Virus record (IMG/VR): IMGVR_UViG_3300000651_000003
Coordinates: 1 to 64,000 of that record
DNA length: 64,000 nucleotides
Direction: 5' to 3' (one strand)
DNA from: a virus
The notes beneath the pieces were generated by a model. The model saw only the letters and a list, made by a program, of their open reading frames with translations, did not search any database and had not been told where the DNA came from. This document shows positions 1-11,292 of the stretch, one piece after another. Both the position numbers and the translations under genes were made by a program. Numbering within the stretch: the first letter of the stretch is position 1; each line of letters starts with the position of its first letter.

Positions 1-382
1 CGTTGCACGTCCTTCGGAGCTCGCCTCGAACCTATGCCTGCATAGAACAACTGTTCACTCATCGCATCGCCTCCACTAGCTTGCGTTCGATAACAGGAGG
101 ACCCCTATCGCCTTTTTGCTCAGGGGTACCCCGTTAAAACAACGCGCGCTCCTATCAACCCCACCAAAACTCAAAATAGCTCCTCGTTAAAATAACTCTC
201 GCCAAGTCCAGCCCGGGTGATTCACACAAAATTCTATTGCGTACTCCCGGGTCACCATTAAGTTCTCGGTTCCATCAGGTTCAATTAGTTGCACCATTGC
301 TCACTCTCCCAGATTTGGACAGGGCAATCATACTTTTCAATTCGCTAACCCTTGCCCGACAAAAAACTCAAAAATAACTCTT

Positions 383-3325
383 TCAGAGGTACCAAAACCA
401 TACAGCAACATTCACCCGTCTACATTCCGTGGCCCTGCAACGGTGACAGACTCTCTCAACCTCATACCGGTCATTGATTTGTTGAGACGACCGCCAGACA
501 TTCCATCTATGGCCCCGGAACCAGCACACAGCCTTCTTAATCATTAGAATGGTACGACCTTTCATGACGTCTCTCCCGACCAACTAGAATTGTTTGCTAG
601 CACCATCATACATACCCAAGCATTGTCGTCCGCACAAAAACGAATCTCGCTATCTACTTCAACCGTGACAGTATCTGACGTGCTAGAATGAATCACCTTC
701 ATCTCATGGCCCGGGCACCCACCTTGACGGCAATCATTGAGGCACTGGTACACTCCTACTGCTACATGCTGGCTCATTTCTCCTCCGGTACGGTTAAAAC
801 TCCCTGTACAATTCGGTTCGGTATTCATTCCTTACGTCTAGACTCGGGCAACTCATGATGCGGTAAATCTTATCCGGCTTGTAATCTCTTTCGGTGTGCT
901 CTCGAATTTGCTGGTCCGTCATGTCTGAGAATGGCTGAATCTTAATCTCGACTTTACCAGTTACGATTTCGCAAATGATTCCGTCCGGCTCCCCATATAC
1001 TAATTCCCCGGCATTGCCGCTGACTGGCCCTACCATAAACTTGCGAGGTCGCACATCATCCTTCTTCTCGATTACTGCCTCACCAGTTCCGTCGTCAGCA
1101 GCAAAGCAATCCTCGAGTTGCTTGCCGTCAAGATAAACATCAAAATACCTAAGAGGCGCACTTTGATTGACTCTAAGTCCACCTATCTCTTCAACGTCGT
1201 CTTCCGGAATTGTGAAGTATCCGGTATCGCTTGGAATATACTTTACAGCTACCCACTCGCCTCCTCCGACGATAGCCTTGTCATCATTACACAGCCCATA
1301 GTGATCCGTAGCCTTGAATAGAATTTGACCAACCTTCACTTCGAGCGCAGCTCTGTCTGCACGCTTGACTCTATACCGCATACTTACCATCCTCTGCATA
1401 ACCGAGTTTCTCTCGGATAGCGTTTTGGCGATTGATCACATCCTGAGGAATTACTACACAGCATACATGCCCACAGGACTTGCACTTGACTCGCCAGACT
1501 CCATTGTAAACTCGACAATGGCAGCAAGCCCAGCCAGCCATCACATATTTGGTCTCTGGGATGTACTGGCACCCATCAGTCACAATTACCGACATAAACT
1601 AATTCCTCCAATTGTGAGCAGCGGCCCCAAAATGAACTCCTCCCACAGCGAAACCCAGCACCCGGGCCAGCCTTGGCTTCCAACGCGACAGCAGCATAAT
1701 CGTGCCGCATGAGCTGTAACCCACGAGTAACGCCCGGGAATTGCTTATACGGCCCGTGCTATTGGCAAGCAATGGGTTTATTTCGAAGCCATGCTGAGAC
1801 GAAACTACATCAGTGGTGACTCCACCAAAGCAAACTCCTATGCTCGCGATCGTAGCCGGCTTCTTTAACTCGTCTCCCCAACTCTGCCGAGCCGGCTGGT
1901 AGAATTGTTGGCTGTATGCAGCAGTGCATAATAGCAAAATCGTAAACGTAATTCTAGCTATCCCTCTCATTGTCTCTCTTTCTCCTTTCAATGTAACAAA
2001 CAAGTAAAGCGTTCTGATGCAGATGTAACATAGACTGTTGGACATCTTCTGGCAGATCGTCTAGTGTTATACCGAGCTTCTTCATCTCACGCAAAACTTT
2101 CCGGTAGCTGACTTCAGCCTCTTTCGCAGAAGGTGGAATCTCAACATTAGCCCAGTCAATTTTCTCTATCGAGGTTGATGCATGCATCTTGGATCCTTAC
2201 TGACGCACTCACCATTCGGTAGCGTCAAACAAAAATAGTCCGGTGGTAACTCATGCAGGCCATCAGCTCGGGCCGAGTAATATACTTTGGTAGGAACGGC
2301 ATCTGCATGTTCTCGGGCCGCCTGACCCATTGGAGTGTTCGAGAATGCAGGATCGTGTACTATCCGCTTTGCAGCCGCCTCGAGCCGTGCCCGGGCTTCC
2401 GTAATCATGTCATCTACCCGGGTATCAATCAAACCAGTGTTTGGTGAGAACAATCCTTCTCTGACAAGGTACTTAAAAATAGTACGCCAGAGAGGGCGGT
2501 TATTCTTATATGAGATATCATTCTCATTTTCCCACAGCTCGCGATGCATCATGAGCCATGTAATCTTTTGTTCGCGTTTAACTGGGTCTTTCATTTCCAA
2601 CTCCCTTTATCCTTACCTTCGGTGTACTTATTACGGCTCTTCCAGTCATCAGCTTTGCGTGCCCACTCATCCACATCCATGACAACTCCGAACACAAACG
2701 CAAGGGCTAGCAGAATAAACCAAAACTTACTCAGGTATGGATTGACTTGCCAGCCGATAAGTGCGCACCCAACAGTGATCCATGCTCTCATTTCCTTTCC
2801 TCCTCAATCGCCTTTAGAATACCGTGGTACTTTGATTCCAACTTCTCGTAGATAGAACTCACGACGCTCCAACTTCTTCTTCAGTTTCTCTATTACCTTC
2901 CGCAGCTGCGCATTCTCGGCTCGCAGGTAGGCTAATTTGAACTCTTTATCATTGCTCTCTGCCTGTAAGTCTCCTACCTCACGGTCGATGATGGCGGCAC
3001 GAGCTTTATCTCGATGCGCGATCATTACTTCGCGCAATTTCATGTGCATCGGACTACCTTTTTGAACATCGCCGACGTTTAAGGCTGTCAATGTTGCTTG
3101 GGCGCAACTTATGATTTCTTGCACCGCTCGTTCACCTGCGCTCGTGGGAGCAGAAAAAGGAATGCGCCGTCCATGTTGATCGATGTCGTCAGATAGATGG
3201 ACAGGGCTAAAGCGAGGCTGTCCACAGCCGGGGTTGCCGTCAGGTAATACCACGTTATGCCAACAATGATCGGTTCCGTCTGGCGATTCTACGAACTCAT
3301 GCGGCTTTTGTTCACTTGGTGTCAT
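383..3325 (-). CDS. Cluster of small hypothetical genes (383-583, 562-~777, 794-1399, 1371-1595, 1599-~1970, 1954-2187, 2166-2600, 2591-2791, 2804-3325)
   Basis: Tightly packed or overlapping minus-strand ORFs, several with GGAG-type RBS. Some are Cys-rich (383-583, 1371-1595). Two are hydrophobic (1599-1970 signal-peptide-like; 2591-2791 membrane). Confidence 0.65.
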
Positions 3326-3486
3326 GGCTCTCCCTCAACCAAATTTCTCTCCGCAGTGTTTGCATATAGAATAGCGACAAGAGGCGTTGACTGATTCAAT
3401 TTTGCAACCCGCCCAAAAGCATATGAAAATCCGGCCAAGCAAGTATTTAATGTCCTGCCAAAACATCACGCTAGGCTCCTCCCTCC

Positions 3487-4089
3487 TCAGCGGCTCTCGC
3501 CGCCACGCTTAATTCCGAAATCTTTGCCTTTGATTTTAACCATGCGGCCGTCCTCGTGATGCCATACAATTCCTTCAATATCGTGCGTCTTGAAGTATTC
3601 GTAAAGTCCACCGAATGTGCGCGGAACTTCGGGTAGTTGCATCCATCCGTGAGGAGCAATTCCATCAACAAGGAAGTTTTCGGAGTTGCCTTGAAAGTGC
3701 GGGCCACAGGCTTCGTAAGTGCCGTCAAGCAAAACTTTGTCGGGCGCATCGTCATCGCCGCCGTAGGTAGAGTTTGAGAAAGCCAGCCGAAACCATTTAT
3801 CTTCCGGGCCACAACCAACTGGAATCCATCCGGGCCAACTTGTCGTTACAGGATCGGGTTCTGGCTGCGCTGCTTCCCAATATGGAGGTGGATTGTGACG
3901 GCCCTTTTTCGCCTTCAGGTCGTAACGCTTATAGAGCACGCCGTCACGAACCATGCAGCAAGCGCCGTCGTACTTCCGAGTTGCTATGCCTTCGCCAGCC
4001 AGCACCCATTCAGCACCGGGAACAACCTCGTCACGGACTAATCTATCGCCGTCATAATTCCTCTGGAATAAAGATATGATCTTCTGCAT
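3487..4089 (-). CDS. RNA ligase-like nucleotidyltransferase (DUF5565/RLIG1-like)
   Basis: ATG at 4089 follows GGAGG. Starts MQKIISLFQR, has ligase motif I (ATRKYDG), GTYEACGP, and C-terminal IEGIVWHH..GRMVKIK. Confidence 0.75.
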   Translation of the reverse strand: MQKIISLFQRNYDGDRLVRDEVVPGAEWVLAGEGIATRKYDGACCMVRDGVLYKRYDLKAKKGRHNPPPYWEAAQPEPDPVTTSWPGWIPVGCGPEDKWFRLAFSNSTYGGDDDAPDKVLLDGTYEACGPHFQGNSENFLVDGIAPHGWMQLPEVPRTFGGLYEYFKTHDIEGIVWHHEDGRMVKIKGKDFGIKRGGESR

Positions 4090-4100
4090 TTTGTTCCTCC

Positions 4101-4490
4101 TCAGGGGCTCTCGCCGCCCACCAGTTCGTCCTGTTTCTTCAATCGCTCGATGCAGCCTTTGTGACCATGTTTGGCGAGCACGCGCATCATCGCCACCTGA
4201 TGAGTTACGAACGTTCCATGTTCGGTTACGTCCCAAAGAGCGCAGACTAATTGACCCATATCGGAAACAAGGAAATCTTTGGCCCTCTCAGCCGCTCGCT
4301 TTTCTTGCAGGATCACTACCGCATCCGGCTCCGCTCCTACCTCACGGTCGATGAGGGCGGCGACCTTATCAATCTCTTCGTAGGTAAACACAGCAGCAAT
4401 GTTGTTCCACTTGGTGCCGAGAGCCTGTGGCACTTGAAGTTCCCTGAAAATCTTTTCTGCAATCTGCCGCGCTCGTTCACTTGGTGTCAT
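4101..4490 (-). CDS. Hypothetical protein, partly related to 2804-3325
   Basis: Shares the MTPSE start and the AA(L/I)IDREVG segment with 2804-3325, also at DNA level. Confidence 0.65.
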   Translation of the reverse strand: MTPSERARQIAEKIFRELQVPQALGTKWNNIAAVFTYEEIDKVAALIDREVGAEPDAVVILQEKRAAERAKDFLVSDMGQLVCALWDVTEHGTFVTHQVAMMRVLAKHGHKGCIERLKKQDELVGGESP

Positions 4491-4713
4491 GGCTTCTCCG
4501 TTCTATTTCCGCAATAACTTTCCTCACGATGCGAACGCAGTCGTTGTAGTTCAGAAAGGATTCGCCGTTCTTTAACGTCCAAGCGATACTCTTCGGGTCG
4601 CTGTCCTCGTATTCGTCACACGCATCGCAAAGATTGCTAATCACGCCTTCAGTAAAGCCTAAATCTTCCCGACATCGAGCACACTGGCGACGCTTACGCG
4701 CTGCTGCTGTCAT
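4477..4713 (-). CDS. Small CxxC-CxxC zinc-finger-like protein
   Basis: CARC...CDAC; GGAG RBS upstream. Confidence 0.6.
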   Translation of the reverse strand: MTAAARKRRQCARCREDLGFTEGVISNLCDACDEYEDSDPKSIAWTLKNGESFLNYNDCVRIVRKVIAEIERRSHDTK

Positions 4714-4884
4714 GGCTGCTCCTTCGATGCGGCTAATGGATAGACCTTCCCGTCAACTCGGATTGCCGAAACATCTCCCGCTGATTCTTTCGACTTCGCG
4801 TCATACCATAATCCAGAGACGGCACTTTGCCACCAGACACGAATAGCGAATATGGGTTTTAACCGCCTCCGCTGCTGCTGTCAT
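4710..4884 (-). pseudogene. Small gene apparently broken by one extra base (or a sequencing error)
   Basis: ATG 4884 frame stops at 4801. Removing one A from the run at 4857-4860 gives a 57-aa ORF whose TGA overlaps the next ATG (ATGA at 4710-4713). Confidence 0.45.
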
Positions 4885-4939
4885 GGCTGATGCTCCGGTA
4901 GGTTTAGCGGTATCCTCTCTAAGTAGGTTTGCTTCCAAG

Positions 4940-5203
4940 TTAGGCCACAGCATGTACGTCCTCCTGAATTAACAATCCTTGTTGTTTGGCGCATTCGGCG
5001 TGGTAGTGATAACCGCTTTCATACAGAGGCGACTCTCCGACGTATTCAACATAAAGCGAACCTGCGGGAATCGACTCGGCGCACTTGGTTCGCTTCCGTC
5101 CGTCGTGGCCACCAGCGCAGTAATGCTGCTTGCGAGCACGTCGTATGATCGTAGTGCCGTCATCCATCGACGGGTTGATTAAGTAACCGGGGATAGTGTT
5201 CAT
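4940..5203 (-). CDS. Hypothetical Cys/His metal-binding protein
   Basis: RARKQHYC...C...YHAEC pattern; GAGG RBS. Confidence 0.6.
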   Translation of the reverse strand: MNTIPGYLINPSMDDGTTIIRRARKQHYCAGGHDGRKRTKCAESIPAGSLYVEYVGESPLYESGYHYHAECAKQQGLLIQEDVHAVA

Positions 5204-5501
5204 TTGCGTGTCCTCTCAGTCGTGAATTTGAAGCAGTAAACACAATGCTCCAATATCCATTTTACCACCCGTGTCAAACAAGACCCGCGTTAAACGCATG
5301 TAGATTCAACGGTCGTATACCTCATGGCCCAATGCACGAATCGCACGAACCACTTCTGGTTGTTGTGGGTTGCGCCAAGACGACGCCCACGTAAACTTTC
5401 ATTTCGTCTCCTTTGGTTGGCCTCCGCGTCCTTACCACCTTTATCGGGATTCCCAGAAGTCAGGATCGTCAAAAGCTGGGTTCCGGTCGCTCCGTCATGC
5501 C

Positions 5502-6431
5502 TTACTCATCGGCAAAACCCTCGTCTTCGATAAATGATTCAATATCAGAAAAATGTTTCGAAATTACTCTCAGACTCTTGCGGTGCTGGTCTTCTTCCTC
5601 AACCGCAATCCCCCAAGCGGTCTCGTCTCTGACTTCGAGTACAGACTCCTCAATTAACCCGGCAATAACTTTCGGATCAAGTGCATCTAGTTCCCACGAC
5701 TCGTCGCCGTGCAGGGCGACATATTCCTTGCTCCTCGGATCTGTCATCTTAGCCGGGTTGGGAGGAGGATTATGTTCCTCTACTTGGTCGAAGTTAAGAG
5801 CGATACGTTTGAAAGCAAGCTTCCCTGCATAGGAACCCATGAATAATCTCAGCCTGCCTTCAATGTCAGACGACATATGGATGCCAGATGGGTCGTGGTC
5901 GCCGAGGTGGACAATCAAAATCTGTTTACCGCTGGCTGCATAATATCGAATTCGCTGCCCTGCTTCCCACATCATCGACTGAGACATATAACCTCTGCAC
6001 GATGCATAGGTGATATCGAGATTTCTACAAACAGCTTCAATGACTCCTACCAGAGCATCTTTCTCAATAAAGACTTCAACATGGAAGTCTTGCTTCTCCC
6101 ACTTATCGATTCTGAATTGATTGGCTGCTGTCTTAACCAGCTCATCAGGAGTGGCCCAGTGAGGGGTCGCTCTCATAAAACGAGTGCGGTCCTCGAGGGA
6201 GTGCCAGTCAACCAGCCCAGCCAGTCTGGCATCACTCATAACGCGAGATAACTTCGAGTACTCGAGTTGTTTATTAGGGATGAAGCCTCTGGCCACCAGC
6301 TGGTAGTACAACTGCCTGAGCGTGAGAGTCATCTCTAACTCTTGGTACTCTGCAATGATGTCGTTGCATAGGTGGATTTGTTGTAGCGTTGCAGCTCTGA
6401 AGTCTTTACTGATGTATCTAATTTTTGGCAT
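5502..6431 (-). CDS. Topoisomerase VI-A/Spo11-like protein (winged helix + Toprim)
   Basis: LTLRQLYYQL (wHTH with Tyr), VEVFIEKDAL (Toprim Glu), GDHDPSG (DxD), WELDAL. Confidence 0.75.
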   Translation of the reverse strand: MPKIRYISKDFRAATLQQIHLCNDIIAEYQELEMTLTLRQLYYQLVARGFIPNKQLEYSKLSRVMSDARLAGLVDWHSLEDRTRFMRATPHWATPDELVKTAANQFRIDKWEKQDFHVEVFIEKDALVGVIEAVCRNLDITYASCRGYMSQSMMWEAGQRIRYYAASGKQILIVHLGDHDPSGIHMSSDIEGRLRLFMGSYAGKLAFKRIALNFDQVEEHNPPPNPAKMTDPRSKEYVALHGDESWELDALDPKVIAGLIEESVLEVRDETAWGIAVEEEDQHRKSLRVISKHFSDIESFIEDEGFADE

Positions 6432-6434
6432 GGA

Positions 6435-9400
6435 TTAAAGTTCTAGCGCCTCCTCCTCATCTACCGCAGCGATTGCTTGGCTCTCTATATCCTTGACACC
6501 GTGAGTGTGGTAACCCTCTGCGAAAGGAAATTGTGAGTGGCAAGCATGCATCGCATCCGCAGTAGTAACTGCTTCAATGTACGAAGCGACTGGCCCCTCA
6601 GGTCCCGTCGCAAATACCTGCCAGCCCCGCCGAGCCGGCTGCATAGAAATAACGGCCCCGCATTCCACTAGCTCCTCAGGTCCGTCCAATAGCTTGAGTG
6701 GTACGAGCTCTCCTTCCTCTACATTTTTCACAACAGCCTCGAACTTTGGTTTGGGCCTCGCCGGCACATACTTGAGCTCAGCCATGCGATCGTACCACTC
6801 AAGCACTTCTGGGTCAGACGATATGTGATCAAACGGGTAATGAGCGCCGACTATTTCTGCCAGCTTAATCAGCACACTGACCGGTGGCTGAAACGCGTTC
6901 AATTAAGACCTCCCTCGCGATTGCGTCGACGAGACTCCCGAGCCATCGCATTCTTAATAGCCCTGTGCCTGCGATACTGCGGAGTGGCCCGGGAAGCCTT
7001 GTTATTGACTCTACTCCTTGGGTGAGAATAATCATCACCAGTAACAACAGGAGCCACCTTACGCGCAACTTGCCGGGCACCGAAGATACCCGAGATTGCA
7101 CTCACGATTGCCAATGCTTTGAACCGCTCTCTGAAGCTCATCTCATTTCTCCTTTTGTTAGTGTGAGCACCTTGGTCAACCACTCGCTACCCACCGACCC
7201 GCCTCTATGGGCGTGATCGCCTAAGCCTTGTCCGTTGCGGTGCTCACGTTTGCCATCTTAAGCCTAGGCCAAATAGTTCTTCAACAGAATTTTATTGGCC
7301 CCTAGTTAACTGCACTCGACTCCAGCACTTCAAAGACATGAGAAACAATCCTTGGACTGACTTGCAGTGTGCCTACGAACTTGCGCGGCTTGTCGTCAAT
7401 AAACGGGTGACCGGTACCCACCAAGTCGAAGGTTCGGGTCTCAGGGTCAGCCGCTTTGTCATCATCAACCAAAGCCCAAATACAAGGAGTTGCAGACACA
7501 ATAGTGACTCCCTCAGTAGACTTTTTAAACTCCGCCTGTAGCTGGGCTGTTAGTACCTCGGCCCCAAAGGGCATCGAGATTGTCTGGCGGCCATCGGCGG
7601 CAGCCAATTCGAATTTCCAAATCGTCTTCATAGTTCCTCCTCATGGTTTGTTAGTTGTCGTACCTTCTCAAGTCTAGCTGCTTCTTGGTCGACTCGTCTT
7701 TGAGCCAGATCAAGGTCGCGTTGAACTTTCCTGCTCCAATGCAACCTTGGCCTCTGCCCAAGTTTTTCGAAAATGGACCCAGCGGGAATCTTTGGCGCAC
7801 CGCAACCCGGCTGGGTTGACTGGGTCAGGTATTACTACCGTCGCCTCGTTCTCTCGGATAACCTCAACTCGTTGGATCGCTGGCTCTGCATAACACTGAG
7901 CTTTGTAGTATCTCATATTCAGACGGCTCCTACTTTGTCTGCACATGCAACGCATACATTGCCAAAGGTGGTGTCGATGACTTTGCCGCAGCCCACGCAA
8001 TTGCCTTCGAACGGGTCGACAAAGTCACCGTTCGATAGTTTGCGATTGCGTCGACGAGCTCCGTTGTTTCGCGAGGAGACCCGCTGAGCTTTGACGCTAT
8101 CGCACCACACATCCATATACCAGCCATGACGCTCATCTCCGAGCTTGCCGGCAGGAATGCTGCTTTTGAAGTTGGTGTAGTCGATATAGTTGACTTCATT
8201 GACCAAGACTACAGCCAACTCACCCCGGGTAATGTCGCAGCGGAAGCGGTAGTCGCGGCCTACGCCGTGAGTCTCGGTCACCTTGGCTCGCGGGAATAGT
8301 TGCTGGAGATCTCCGCGAATACGCGCCCGCACATGCAATAGGTCAGGGTTGCTCTCATTCTGCACCACAGAAATCATCGCAGTGTTAAGAAAAATCCACA
8401 TCTTTAGTTACCCTTTCTCCAAGCTTCCTCTTCAGGGTCGCTCGGTTCAAATTGATCCCAATCAAGACTCGGAATGCATACCCGAGCGGAGATGCCCTTC
8501 TCAGTCTTGACTTCCATCCCGGCTTTCAGCAGAGCCAGAGTTTCGAGGAGCCGGCTCGCGTCTTCGTCGCTGTCAACATAAACCCCGATCCATTGCCGCT
8601 CTCTGACAATCGCATAACCCGTGATCACCCAGCCCGGGTGTTTCGATTGGATCGTGGCTCTGATTTGCCCATGCACTTCTGAGCCTTCTCGGTCCCACTC
8701 AGAGTCAGGAACACCCGGCAATTCTATCTTGCCGTTTTGATGGATAATCCTTGGCCCCTTCTCCGGGTTTTTGCGATTGATTCCGTAGTTAACCTTCATC
8801 TCTTGCTCCTCCAAAAAGAGAGGAGGGCCAGAGTCCGGCCCTCCCCGAATTGGAAGGCTGCTGCCACTCGACTTAGGCAGCCTTCGCAAAGTAAACGCGG
8901 CCGACGCCTTCGCGCTTCTCGGTCGCAACGAGACCCAAGTCCGCGAGCATCGCAGCCACGCGCTTCGGGTACTGGCCCTCGAGTGAGTTCGCCTTGAGCG
9001 GCTTCTCACTGGTCTTCTTGTTGATCCGAGCGAGCATCTTCTTCGCCGATTCGCTTTCGACTCCGCCCGCATAATAATTCTTCTCAGCTTTCTTAGTAGC
9101 CATGGTATTCACCTCTTTCTCAATTGTGCCGCAGCAGTTTCGGCTATGCTGGTGGGTGCCCTGTCCTCTCCCCTTGACTGAGCACCCATCAAAATAGCTA
9201 GGCCATTAGTTACGCCACATATCTCACCTCCTATGTTTTGTCTGTTCGTTCCCATGTTGTTAGTCTATGCTTCGTTGTAACAAAAATCAACTCCTATTTG
9301 TCTGCCTGCTTGTCGATTGACTCATCGGCAATCTCGGCCTTGGTCATGGCCCGGTTGCTAAGCAAAAACCCGTAGGTGTCAGAGCCTTCAAAATCCGGGT

Positions 9401-11001
9401 GGTTGATCATAAAGATGCCCAGCCGCCGCAGAGCTTGGTGGAAGCCCATGATCAACCCATCCTCGCCCTCAATATCTTTCCAGTCGGCAGCCACCAACTG
9501 AACTTTGAGTTTGGGGTCGTCGTCAATTACCGACTCGAGTGCGAAGGGCAGGTAGCAGTGAAAATCTCTGACCGCCGCCTCTGCCGTCTCAAAGTTTTTC
9601 CAGTAGCCATGGCCGTCTTGATGCTCTGCCTCGTCGGCGTACTCGACCGCAGCGGCCCTGACGGCCTTCAGGAATGCCCTGCGATTTACCTTGGTCTGCT
9701 TGAATGCGTCTTTTCTCTCGTTGCTCACGCTGTCCTCGCTTTCTCCCACTTGCCTGCCTGTACTTGGGCAGTGCCTTTGTTAATACCACGCTTGATGCAC
9801 TCGGCAACGATTTCGCGCTTGGTGGCATCAGCATTCTTTGCCAGCAACTCGTCAGCGATTGCCCAGACCCGTTTAGTCGAGCCGGCGCTTGACGGATCGC
9901 GTTGGAATTTGGGAACCCTTGCGGTCTTGGTCGCTCTGGCTCCCGAGCCGCCTTCTTCGCCGGCATCTTCCGGGTGCCAGTCGTCGCCATACTTGGCCTT
10001 CATATCAGCCACATAGGCGTCATGGTTGGCTCTGCGATAAGCCGCCAACGAAGCCGGCTCGCCTGACTGTGCCCAGTCAATGAATGACATTGCAGCGCAT
10101 CGCTCGGCATCGCAGGTAGCCACATAACCTTCATAGGCTTTGGTCTGCTCCTTGGTCGCGGTGCCGGGAACTTCCCTGCCGCGATAAAACAAATTGTTCG
10201 GCCCTACTGTTAGGTCGTAGCTCATTATTCCTCCTCGCATTCGCCAGTCTCGCGACCAATCTTGTATTGAATGTCATTCAGCTCTTTCAGCAACTCGACC
10301 AGCCTCTCAGTAACTGCATGAGTTGCCTTCTCAATCCGGTTGTACTCGGAAGGGCTCAAAACATCCCCGAGGTCGTTGAAGTGCTCGAACTCGGCCCTGA
10401 GTTTGTCAACCTTGCAAGCCTTGGCTTCGAGCTGCTCGTATGGCGACTTCATTTCCTCCTCAGACTGGGCAAGCATGTCAGCGAAAGACGAATCTTCCAA
10501 AACCATGTCGGCCAGCTCGCCCGTGGTCATTTCCAGCAACTGCTCTGCAACTGACTCAGCAGCCTTGCGCTTGCGAGTCTCTGCTTTGATCTGCTCCTTG
10601 GTCTTCTTCATTACTCACCTCCTCGAACTCGTTGAAGTCGGTCGTGGCCCTTGACTGGGCAGTTGGTCATAGGAACAATGATGCAGCCATGCTTGTCGAC
10701 CTTGCAAATGCAAAGGTCGTGATCCGAAAGGATCTGAGTCACTTCGTAACGACCGAAGCGCGGGCTGCATAAAGCCTCAAGCGCTTTGCCTGCTGAGTTC
10801 AGTTCACTATGACGTGCCCGGGCTTCGTCATAGTCGTCAAATGTTTCTACTGTCTTGGTAACCACTCTCAATTTACTCACCTCCCACCTCCTTTGCTTTG
10901 AGACCGCATACTTTGCATTCTTCGTCATGCGGGCAATAAGTAACGTTTTCGCAGTTGGGGCACTCGACTAACGGCCGGCTGCATATTGGACATTCATTCA
11001 T
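6435..11001 (-). CDS. Cluster of small hypothetical early genes (6435-6902, 6899-~7141, 7302-7631, 7919-8401, 8404-8799, 8873-9112, 9294-9749, 9725-10240, 10225-10611, 10611-10928, 10873-11001)
   Basis: Co-oriented, abutting ORFs with RBSs. 7302-7631 (MKTIWKF..GTGHP) and 7919-8401 (MWIF..SVV..LHVRAR) resemble common phage hypothetical families. 10873-11001 is a 42-aa Cys-rich finger. Confidence 0.65.
9262..9290 (-). promoter_or_regulatory. Sigma70-like promoter TTGATT-17-TAGACT
   Basis: -35 at 9285-9290, -10 at 9262-9267, 17-bp spacer, intergenic, same -35 as the 11161-11189 promoter. Confidence 0.6.
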
Positions 11002-11029
11002 GGCTAATCTCTCCTTTTGAATTTTTGCG

Positions 11030-11140
11030 GAGCGCAATTCAGAGCGGCCCGTTAAGGCAGGATTTGCTGATGGAGTCTGGCTAGAATTAGAAGAGTCAGT
11101 CTGGTGGGCCGTATTGGCTGGGCCGCTCTGAATTGCGCTC
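11030..11140. repeat. Perfect 21-bp inverted repeat (11030-11050 / 11120-11140)
   Basis: GAGCGCAATTCAGAGCGGCCC and its exact reverse complement, 69 nt apart. Confidence 0.9.
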
Positions 11141-11160
11141 TCGTCCTTAATCATGGCCCT

Positions 11161-11189
11161 ATTATGGGCGTTTTGTTTCTCAAAATCAA
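11161..11189 (-). promoter_or_regulatory. Sigma70-like promoter TTGATT-17-CATAAT driving the leftward cluster
   Basis: -35 at 11184-11189, -10 at 11161-11166, located at the strand switch. Confidence 0.65.
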
Positions 11190-11262
11190 CCTCAAAAACG
11201 AATTTCTTACTGTTGATAATAAAGGAGTTAGAGGCTCAAATTGAGCGCGAGGTAAATTCTAT

Positions 11263-11292
11263 TTGACCTTCTATTGCTGCTGGGCCTATATT
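11263..11292 (+). promoter_or_regulatory. Putative rightward promoter TTGACC-18-TATATT
   Basis: Lies in the divergent intergenic region and is followed by a 15-bp hairpin at 11350-11397. Confidence 0.45.

Noticed and set aside
4090-4236. Upstream extension of the ligase ORF (also 8800-9072 and 11002-11154 extensions)
   Set aside because: Internal ATGs with strong RBSs (4089, 8799, 11001) fit better; the extensions overlap other genes or a hairpin leader.
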